Shown: in pieces, positions 6,436 to 12,923 of the stretch | Layout of the letters: the number at the start of each line of letters is the position of its first letter | How positions within the stretch are numbered: position 1 is the stretch's first letter | From: Candidatus Woesearchaeota archaeon | GTDB lineage: Archaea > Nanobdellota > Nanobdellia > Woesearchaeales > GW2011-AR15 | DNA: 14,535 nucleotides | Direction: 5' to 3' | Assembly: GCA_038874655.1 (NCBI GenBank) | Contig: JAVZBY010000006.1 | Coordinates: forward strand, 31,041 to 45,575 | Translations under genes and position numbers: made by a program | Notes under the pieces: generated by a model | The model's database searches: none | The model's input: the letters and a program-made list of their open reading frames with translations, nothing else | What the model was told of the DNA's origin: nothing

Positions 6436-9008
6436 TAATTTTTCTCGTTAAGAACTGAATCAATTATTCTTTTAACATTAATCTTTCCTGCTTCAGATTT
6501 TGAAACATCAACTCCATCTTCACCATACTGGAATTGAACAATCTTTTTTGAAGCATTTCTTACTGTGTTATCATATTCTACTTTTAAATCCTGCATAGCA
6601 TTTGCCAATCTTCTATATAAATATCCTGATTTTGGAGTTCTCAATGCAGTATCCATCAATGAATCTCTTCCTGTCATTGCCATAAAAAAGAATTCTGCAG
6701 GATGCATACCTTTTTTGAAACTTGTTTTAATAAATCCTCTTGCTGCTGGCCTTAAATCTCCTGGCTTGAAACATGATAAAGTTCTATTTTTATAACCTCT
6801 TTCAATTCTTTTTCCTCTTAATGCTTGCTGTCCTACAACAGCAGCCATTTGTGCTAAATTGACAATATTTCCTCTAGCTCCTGAAATTGACATTATAAGT
6901 GTGTTTTTTGTTTTATCCAATGATTTTGAGACAACTCTACCTGCATCATTTCTTGCTTTATTTAAAACTTCCAAAATCTTAAGTTCTAATGTTTCTGCTG
7001 TTGTTCTTCCTGGATAAGTATCTAATTCACCTTTTTTATAGATCTCAATTAATTCATCAACTTTATTTTCAGCATTTTTTAAAATATCTTCTATCTCTTT
7101 TTTACTTTCTTCCTTTAAATCTGTATCTGAAAATGCTGCTGTAAATCCATGCATTAACAAAGTCTTAACTCCTAATCTAAATATTTGACCTAATATTTCT
7201 AATGCTTTTTTACTTCCGTATTTCTTATGTAAATTTCTAATCATTAAACCTGATCCACTACCTAAATTAGCTGAATCCATAAAACCTTCAACTAATTTAC
7301 CTTTTTCAATAACAACTTTAGTTCCATCTTTTGCTTTACCAACAAAATCAAAATCTTTTGGAATTAGAACACTGAATATTTCTGCTCCAGAAACAATTTC
7401 TTTTTTTGGTAAATCATCAAAATTTTCAACACCAATGCTTGCTAATAATTGTATTGCCTCTTTTCTTGGCATTTCTAACATCTTTGTCAACATATAATTT
7501 CCAGCAATACTATCATGATTACATGCAATTATACCTAATCCATATCTTGGACTAATTAATTGTGTTTCAACCTCCATCAAAATTTCTGCTTCTGCTCTTG
7601 CCTCTTCTGTTTGAGGTATATGTAAATTCATTTCATCGCCATCAAAATCTGCATTATATGGAGCACAAACAGAGGGATTTAATCTAAATGTTAAGCCAGG
7701 CAATACCTTTACTCTATGACACATCATACTCATTCTATGTAATGATGGCTGTCTATTAAATATTGCAATATCTCCATCTATTAAATGTCTTTCAACAATA
7801 TAACCAATTTGCAATTCTTCTAATAATTGTTCTTTAGTTTCTTCTGTTATTTTTTTCTTTTTACCATCTGGTCTACAAACATAATTAGCTCCTGGATATT
7901 GCTTTGGTCCTCTTTTCACATATTCTTTTAAGTATTCAAAATTCCACTCTGTTATTCTTTCAGGAATAGTTAATTTCATAGCAACTTGTTTTGGCACACC
8001 CACTTCATCAATTGCTATCATAGAATCGGGGCTTATAACAGTTCTACTTGAAAAGTTTGTTCTTTTTCCTGCTAAATTATGCCTAATTCTTCCTTCTTTA
8101 CTTTTTATTCTTTCTGTTAATGTTTTTAATGGTTGTCCACTTCTATGTCTTGCAGGGGGCAACTGTGCAACATTATTATCAAAGAAGGTTGTAATATGAT
8201 ATTGCAACAAATCCCATAAATCTTCAATAATTATTTCTGGAGCACCAGCATTGATATTTTCAAACAATCTTTGATTAATTCTAACCACATCTCCTAATTT
8301 ATGTGTTAAATCATCTTCACTTCTTTCTCCGGATTCTAAAGTAATAGAAGGTCTCATTGTGACTGGTGGAATAGGCAATAATGTTAAAACAGTCCACTCA
8401 GGCCTAAAAACACTTGGATTATATCCAAATAATTTTAAATCATCATCAGGAATCTTTTCTAATCTTGTTCTTACTTCTATTGGAGATAATCTTTTTTCTC
8501 CTTCATAGAAATTAGTTGGTTTTTCAAATCTTATTTTTTCTAATTTTGCATTACAATGTGGACATTTAGTAATTGCCTTACTTTGCATTATAATTTCTTT
8601 CATTAATATTTTTTTAAATTTCTTTTTTCCTTTAGATTCAATTTTTTTAAGATTTTTCTTTATTTCTTCTTCAGAAATTAAAATTCTTCCACATTCTTTA
8701 CATGTACACTTTAATAAGTCATTAATTATTTTTATATACTTAATATGTATTACAGGTCTTGCTAATTCAATATAACCAAAATGTCCTGTACATTCTTTTA
8801 ATTTTGAACCGCATGTTTTACACTTTAATCCTGGGTCTATAACACCTAATCTTGTATCCATTAAGCCACCATCAACAGGATAACCTTCTTTATCATACAA
8901 TTCTGGAGTAACTATTTTAGCAGCTGCCATCTCTTTAATCATTTTTGGAGACAAAACTCCAAATTTAATTGCATCTATTTTTTTATAAACATAAATTTCT
9001 TCATCCAT
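6435..9008 (-). CDS. rpoA1: DNA-directed RNA polymerase subunit A' (Rpo1N)
   Basis: Zn motifs CKTC…CTGH and CKEC…CPHC, NLAGKR, FNRQPSLH, catalytic YNADFDGDEMN, bridge helix near the C-terminus. Confidence 0.99.
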   Translation of the reverse strand: MDEEIYVYKKIDAIKFGVLSPKMIKEMAAAKIVTPELYDKEGYPVDGGLMDTRLGVIDPGLKCKTCGSKLKECTGHFGYIELARPVIHIKYIKIINDLLKCTCKECGRILISEEEIKKNLKKIESKGKKKFKKILMKEIIMQSKAITKCPHCNAKLEKIRFEKPTNFYEGEKRLSPIEVRTRLEKIPDDDLKLFGYNPSVFRPEWTVLTLLPIPPVTMRPSITLESGERSEDDLTHKLGDVVRINQRLFENINAGAPEIIIEDLWDLLQYHITTFFDNNVAQLPPARHRSGQPLKTLTERIKSKEGRIRHNLAGKRTNFSSRTVISPDSMIAIDEVGVPKQVAMKLTIPERITEWNFEYLKEYVKRGPKQYPGANYVCRPDGKKKKITEETKEQLLEELQIGYIVERHLIDGDIAIFNRQPSLHRMSMMCHRVKVLPGLTFRLNPSVCAPYNADFDGDEMNLHIPQTEEARAEAEILMEVETQLISPRYGLGIIACNHDSIAGNYMLTKMLEMPRKEAIQLLASIGVENFDDLPKKEIVSGAEIFSVLIPKDFDFVGKAKDGTKVVIEKGKLVEGFMDSANLGSGSGLMIRNLHKKYGSKKALEILGQIFRLGVKTLLMHGFTAAFSDTDLKEESKKEIEDILKNAENKVDELIEIYKKGELDTYPGRTTAETLELKILEVLNKARNDAGRVVSKSLDKTKNTLIMSISGARGNIVNLAQMAAVVGQQALRGKRIERGYKNRTLSCFKPGDLRPAARGFIKTSFKKGMHPAEFFFMAMTGRDSLMDTALRTPKSGYLYRRLANAMQDLKVEYDNTVRNASKKIVQFQYGEDGVDVSKSEAGKINVKRIIDSVLNEKN

Positions 9009-9012
9009 GATT

Positions 9013-9018
9013 CCACCC
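9013..9018 (-). promoter_or_regulatory. Shine-Dalgarno GGGTGG for rpoA'
   Basis: Minus strand TAA-GGGTGG-AATC-ATG directly after the rpoB' stop. Confidence 0.65.
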
Positions 9019-10821
9019 TTAAAATTTATCTTTCAACATTAATTTAGGATAAATTCCTAGTGATTTTAGTTCATCTAACAACAATTTGAAAGCATAACTC
9101 ATCTCAACATTTGAAACAGGTGCATTTTCACCACAAACAGGACAATAGCTTCTATTTTTAAATTCTTCATGAACAGCTGTTAAACCACATTGCTCACAAA
9201 TAGGAACAATTGTTCTATCTGAATCAAATCTTTCTTTCAATAACATTGATGCACCATGCGCAACAAAGGTATCTTTCTCCATTTCTCCTAATCTTAAACC
9301 ACCTTCTTTTGCTCTACCCTCTGTTGGTTGTCTCGTTAATAATTGCACAGGGCCTCTTGCTCTTGCATGAATCTTATTAGCTACCATATGTTTTAATTTT
9401 TGATAATACATATTTCCAACATAAATTTGTGCTTTCATCATTTCTCCTGTTCTGCCATTATAAAATGTCTCTGTTCCATCTTCTCTAAATCCTAATTTAG
9501 CTAATTCCTTTCTTAAATCTTCATGACTTTCTGCTTCAAAAGAAGTTCCATCAATATATCTACCTGCTAAACTACCAACCTTACCACCTAATAATTCAAT
9601 TAAATGAGCAATAGTCATTCTTGATGGAATACCATGTGGATTAAATATTATATCTGGCACAATTCCAGAAGCTGAAAAAGGCATATCAGCTGGATCAACA
9701 ATTAAACCAACTACACCTTTTTGTCCATGCCTTGAAGTAAATTTATCTCCTATTTCAGGAATTCTTTGGTCTCTTACTCTTGCTTGTACTAATTTATTTC
9801 CTTCTTCGTTTTCTGTTATTAATACAAAATCAACAACCCCTTTTTCTCCGTGTTTCATTGCAACTGAGCTTTCTCTTCTTGAACTTGTAGCTAAATTATA
9901 TTCATCCATACTATTTAAAAACCTGGGAGGACTTGTTTTTCCTATGATTACATCTCCTTCTTCAACAACAGCTTCAGGATAAATAATACCATCTGCTTCC
10001 AAAAACCTATAATCTCTCTCACTTTTATAACCCTTTACATCTTTATCAGGAATACATATTTCATCAGTTAATCCACCTGGATATCTTAATTCCTCACTAA
10101 TAACTGGTCTATAATAAGTTGATCTTGCAAAACCTCTATCAACAGAAGCTCTATTTAAAATAATTGAATCCTCCATATTATAACCATCAAAACTAATAAT
10201 AGCTAAAACAACATTCTGTCCTGAGGGATGTTTTTCATACTCTGAGGATTTATGCATTATTGTTTGAACAATAGGAATTTGTGGTTCATGCAATAGATTA
10301 ACATCCATATCCATTCTAATCAAATAATTAGCAACATAAAACCCTAATGCTTGTTTTTGATTTTTACTACCTGCATTTAATCTTGTGCTTTGATTAAAAT
10401 TACCAAATGGAACTAAACTAGTACATAAACCTACAATAGCTAAAGGTAAAATTTCCATATGTGTATGTTCAGGTGTTAGTTCCTCTTCATAGAAAGCAAT
10501 TAAAGCCTTTTCTTCTTCCATTGCATCTAAATACTCAATAATACCCTGATTAACCAAATCTGAAAAAGTTATCTCATTTTTCTCTAATTGTTCCAAGTGT
10601 CTATCAGTTAATAAAGGTTTTCCATTTTTTACTACAATTAAAGGTCTTATTGCTCTACCTTTTGTAGATTCAATGAAAACAGAATTTGACTCCTCTTCAT
10701 ACAATATATTAATTGAATAATGTATCTTTCCTTTTCTTCTTTCTTCAATAAAAGAATCAACTAATTTTTTCGGATCATCAACAGTTCCAATAAATTTACC
10801 ATTTAAAAATACTTCTGCCAT
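9019..10821 (-). CDS. rpoB1: DNA-directed RNA polymerase subunit B' (Rpo2C, C-terminal half of split RpoB)
   Basis: GYNMEDS, GDKFTSRHGQKG, NPHGIPSRMT, KLKHMV, RQPTEGR…GGLRLGEME, C-terminal CxxC…CxxC. Confidence 0.98.
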   Translation of the reverse strand: MAEVFLNGKFIGTVDDPKKLVDSFIEERRKGKIHYSINILYEEESNSVFIESTKGRAIRPLIVVKNGKPLLTDRHLEQLEKNEITFSDLVNQGIIEYLDAMEEEKALIAFYEEELTPEHTHMEILPLAIVGLCTSLVPFGNFNQSTRLNAGSKNQKQALGFYVANYLIRMDMDVNLLHEPQIPIVQTIMHKSSEYEKHPSGQNVVLAIISFDGYNMEDSIILNRASVDRGFARSTYYRPVISEELRYPGGLTDEICIPDKDVKGYKSERDYRFLEADGIIYPEAVVEEGDVIIGKTSPPRFLNSMDEYNLATSSRRESSVAMKHGEKGVVDFVLITENEEGNKLVQARVRDQRIPEIGDKFTSRHGQKGVVGLIVDPADMPFSASGIVPDIIFNPHGIPSRMTIAHLIELLGGKVGSLAGRYIDGTSFEAESHEDLRKELAKLGFREDGTETFYNGRTGEMMKAQIYVGNMYYQKLKHMVANKIHARARGPVQLLTRQPTEGRAKEGGLRLGEMEKDTFVAHGASMLLKERFDSDRTIVPICEQCGLTAVHEEFKNRSYCPVCGENAPVSNVEMSYAFKLLLDELKSLGIYPKLMLKDKF

Positions 10822-10827
10822 CTTAAT

Positions 10828-10833
10828 TCACCT
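10828..10833 (-). promoter_or_regulatory. Shine-Dalgarno AGGTGA for rpoB'
   Basis: Minus strand TAGGTGAATTAAG-ATG, overlapping the rpoB'' stop. Confidence 0.7.
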
Positions 10834-12313
10834 ATTTAATAATCTTAACACCTGATGTTTTTAAAAATTTTATAATTGGTTCTTCATTTTCTTCCTGTGA
10901 AATTGCAGTTAATAGTGCTAAATTTTTTCTTAATCCTATATTTGTACCTTCTGGTGTTTCTATTGGACATAATCTTCCTAAATGTGTGCTATGTAATGCT
11001 CTTGCTTCAAAATTTTCTTGACTTGCTGACAAAGGACTAACAACTCTTTGTAAATGACTTAATGTTTCTAAATGATTTAATCTTTGCATTCTTTGAGCAA
11101 TTCCTTTTCTGCCTCCTACCCAATTTCCAGTGGCCATAGAACTATAAATTCTTTGAGTTAATAATTTATCTCTTATTATAACTTTTAAAGAAGGGAATTT
11201 ACCCCTTTTTACAATTCTTTGGAAATTATATAACATATCTCCAATTAATATTTTTAAATTTACTCTAAACAAATCAGCCAATAATACCCCTGATAATTTT
11301 AATCTTTTATTAGCATAATGATCTTTATCATCGATATTTAATTTTCCATTAGAAACTGCAATATATCTTTTCAATAATTTACATAAATTATATGCTTTAT
11401 AGATTCTATCTTCTCTTTGTGTTCCTAAATGAGGCAATAAATACTTATCTAAAATTTCTTTTGTTCTCTCTATTCTTATTTCTTTTGCTTGTGTAATTCC
11501 CATTTTTTTAGCAATATAATCTAAAGCTTCTTCCTCATTTTTGATATTTACAAATTCTAATAAATTAATATAAACTTCCTCTTTATATTCTGTATCTATA
11601 AAATTCATTATTTCTTCATCTTTTAACAAACCTAATGCCTTTAAAACAATTACAAATGGCACTCTTTTAACTCTAGTGAAAGTTAAATAAAAGATATCAT
11701 CTTTCATCTTTTCAATTGTGTGAGGAATTTTATATGCTCCTTGTTCACTAAATAATTTTCCAACAAATCTACTTGGCCCAATTGAAGTTTCTTCTACTAA
11801 CATTTTATTTGGAGCTAAATCTTCAACATTAATCAAAACCTTTTCTGTGCCATTAATTATAAAATAACCACCTGGGTCATCAGGATCTTCACCTTTTTCT
11901 ATTAATTCTTTTGGACTTAATCCTTTTAAATGACAAGAATTAGATTTAAGCATAATTGGAAAATTTCCTACTTGTGCTGTAAATGATTCTCTTTGAATAC
12001 CATCTACAAAAGCTCCAATTTCTATAAACAAAGGTGCTGAATAGGATATTTTTCTTAATCTGGCTTCTATTGGATAAATAGGCCTTTTTGAACCATCTGC
12101 TTCAGTAATAATTGGTTTTCCTATTGAGACTTTACCTAATTTTATCTTATATTCATCAATAGTATGTGGAATTATTGTAGGCAAAATTGTTGCATTTTCA
12201 TCTACAATGCTTTGTAATTCTCTTTCAATAAAATTATTAAATGATTCAATATCTGAGTTAATTAAAGAATTTTCAATGAAATATTTTTTTATTATAATAT
12301 CTCTTTTATTCAT
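10832..12313 (-). CDS. rpoB2: DNA-directed RNA polymerase subunit B'' (Rpo2N, N-terminal half of split RpoB)
   Basis: PIEARLRKISYSAP, DPGGYFIINGTEKV, DDKDHYANKRL, ATGNW, CPIETPEG; ATGA overlap with rpoH stop. Confidence 0.98.
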   Translation of the reverse strand: MNKRDIIIKKYFIENSLINSDIESFNNFIERELQSIVDENATILPTIIPHTIDEYKIKLGKVSIGKPIITEADGSKRPIYPIEARLRKISYSAPLFIEIGAFVDGIQRESFTAQVGNFPIMLKSNSCHLKGLSPKELIEKGEDPDDPGGYFIINGTEKVLINVEDLAPNKMLVEETSIGPSRFVGKLFSEQGAYKIPHTIEKMKDDIFYLTFTRVKRVPFVIVLKALGLLKDEEIMNFIDTEYKEEVYINLLEFVNIKNEEEALDYIAKKMGITQAKEIRIERTKEILDKYLLPHLGTQREDRIYKAYNLCKLLKRYIAVSNGKLNIDDKDHYANKRLKLSGVLLADLFRVNLKILIGDMLYNFQRIVKRGKFPSLKVIIRDKLLTQRIYSSMATGNWVGGRKGIAQRMQRLNHLETLSHLQRVVSPLSASQENFEARALHSTHLGRLCPIETPEGTNIGLRKNLALLTAISQEENEEPIIKFLKTSGVKIIK

Positions 12314-12549
12314 TTTACCACCCTTCTATAAAAAACTGTTTTTTTTGCAGTGGGACTTTGTCTTTCTATCATAATAATATCATCTACTTCCACATCTAAA
12401 CGAGAAATCGCAGGATCTTTTATAGAAATCCTAGGCAATTCCTTTGCAGTTATTTTGTATTTTTCAAGAAGTTCATTTTTTTCTTTTTCACTCAACTTTT
12501 TATGTTTTGGAACTAGAAAATGCTGACTTACATCAAACTCTTTTTCCAT
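12310..12549 (-). CDS. rpoH: DNA-directed RNA polymerase subunit H (Rpo5), 79 aa; start revised from 12618 to ATG 12549
   Basis: HFLVPKH, LPRISIKDP, IERQSPTA, YRRV; the longer ORF-track start lies inside tRNA-Lys and an SD precedes 12549. Confidence 0.96.
   Translation of the reverse strand: MEKEFDVSQHFLVPKHKKLSEKEKNELLEKYKITAKELPRISIKDPAISRLDVEVDDIIMIERQSPTAKKTVFYRRVVK
12318..12323 (-). promoter_or_regulatory. Shine-Dalgarno GGGTGG for rpoB'' inside the last rpoH codons
   Basis: Minus strand AGAAGGGTGGTAAA-ATG. Confidence 0.6.
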
Positions 12550-12557
12550 AATAAAAA

Positions 12558-12563
12558 TCACCC
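12558..12563 (-). promoter_or_regulatory. Shine-Dalgarno GGGTGA for rpoH
   Basis: Minus strand AAGGGTGATTTTTATT-ATG. Confidence 0.7.
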
Positions 12564-12582
12564 TTAATGCATTATAAAAATG

Positions 12583-12656
12583 TGGGCTGGACGCGATTCG
12601 AACGCGCGACCACCTCATTAAAAGTGAGGTGCTCTACCAAGCTGAGCTACCAGCCC
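12583..12656 (-). tRNA. tRNA-Lys(UUU), no intron, CCA not encoded
   Basis: GGGCTGG/CCAGCCC acceptor, GCTC/GAGC D stem, CCTCA-CTTTTAA-TGAGG anticodon arm, GCGCG-TTCGAAT-CGCGT T arm, discriminator A. Confidence 0.97.
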
Positions 12657-12661
12657 ATGTA

Positions 12662-12734
12662 CGCCCAAGCCGAGATTCGAACTCGGGTCAGACCCGTGAC
12701 AGGGGTCTATGATAGGCCACTACACCACTTGGGC
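12662..12734 (-). tRNA. tRNA-Asp(GUC), no intron, CCA not encoded
   Basis: GCCCAAG/CTTGGGC acceptor, GACCC-CTGTCAC-GGGTC anticodon arm, CCGAG-TTCGAAT-CTCGG T arm, discriminator G. Confidence 0.97.
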
Positions 12735-12753
12735 ATTCTTTATTAACTTTATA

Positions 12754-12808
12754 ATACAGAGGTTCATCTACAAAAAATAGAGATATTTGTAGAAAAACCC
12801 CATTGCAT
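12754..12808 (-). other. Predicted 55-nt RNA hairpin in the leader upstream of tRNA-Asp
   Basis: Minus strand ATGCA-at-GGGGTTT-t-TCTACAAA…TTTGTAGA-t-GAACCTC-TGTAT: 20 pairs including three G·U that work only on the minus strand. Confidence 0.6.
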
Positions 12809-12831
12809 AAAATTCTTGGAATTTTTAGCGA

Positions 12832-12846
12832 TTTATAAAGATTACT
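12832..12846 (-). promoter_or_regulatory. BRE/TATA promoter of the tRNA(-rpo) unit
   Basis: Minus strand AGTAATC-TTTATAAA; standard spacing predicts a start near 12808, the first base of the hairpin. Confidence 0.6.
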
Positions 12847-12886
12847 AAATATTATTTATAACAAAAATTATTTTATAAATTATTTT

Positions 12887-12923
12887 AAAAAAGAAAAAAT
12901 TTAAAAAATAAAAAATAAAAAAA
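12887..12923 (-). terminator. Oligo-T terminator region after the surface-protein gene
   Basis: Five consecutive T6 runs on the minus strand directly after the stop codon. Confidence 0.5.

Noticed and set aside
6565-6795. 76-aa plus-strand ORF
   Set aside because: Antisense to a conserved part of rpoA'; no independent signals.
10819-10834. rpoB (and rpoA) split as pseudogenisation
   Set aside because: Splits into B''/B' and A'/A'' are established in archaea, and each downstream half has its own SD and ATG.
5283-12313. Inteins in the RNAP subunits
   Set aside because: Subunit lengths are normal or short and no inserted intein-like block interrupts the motifs.
12550-12618. 23-aa N-terminal extension of RpoH in the ORF track
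   Set aside because: Overlaps tRNA-Lys; ATG 12549 has an SD and gives a normal-sized Rpo5.
12583-12734. tRNAs as an integration site for a mobile element
   Set aside because: No integrase and no duplicated tRNA 3' end seen in the window; downstream genes are core RNAP genes.
12735-12860. 5S rRNA, C/D or H/ACA RNA upstream of tRNA-Asp
   Set aside because: Structured part is only about 55 nt, with no recognisable 5S helices, C/D boxes, K-turn or ACA tail.
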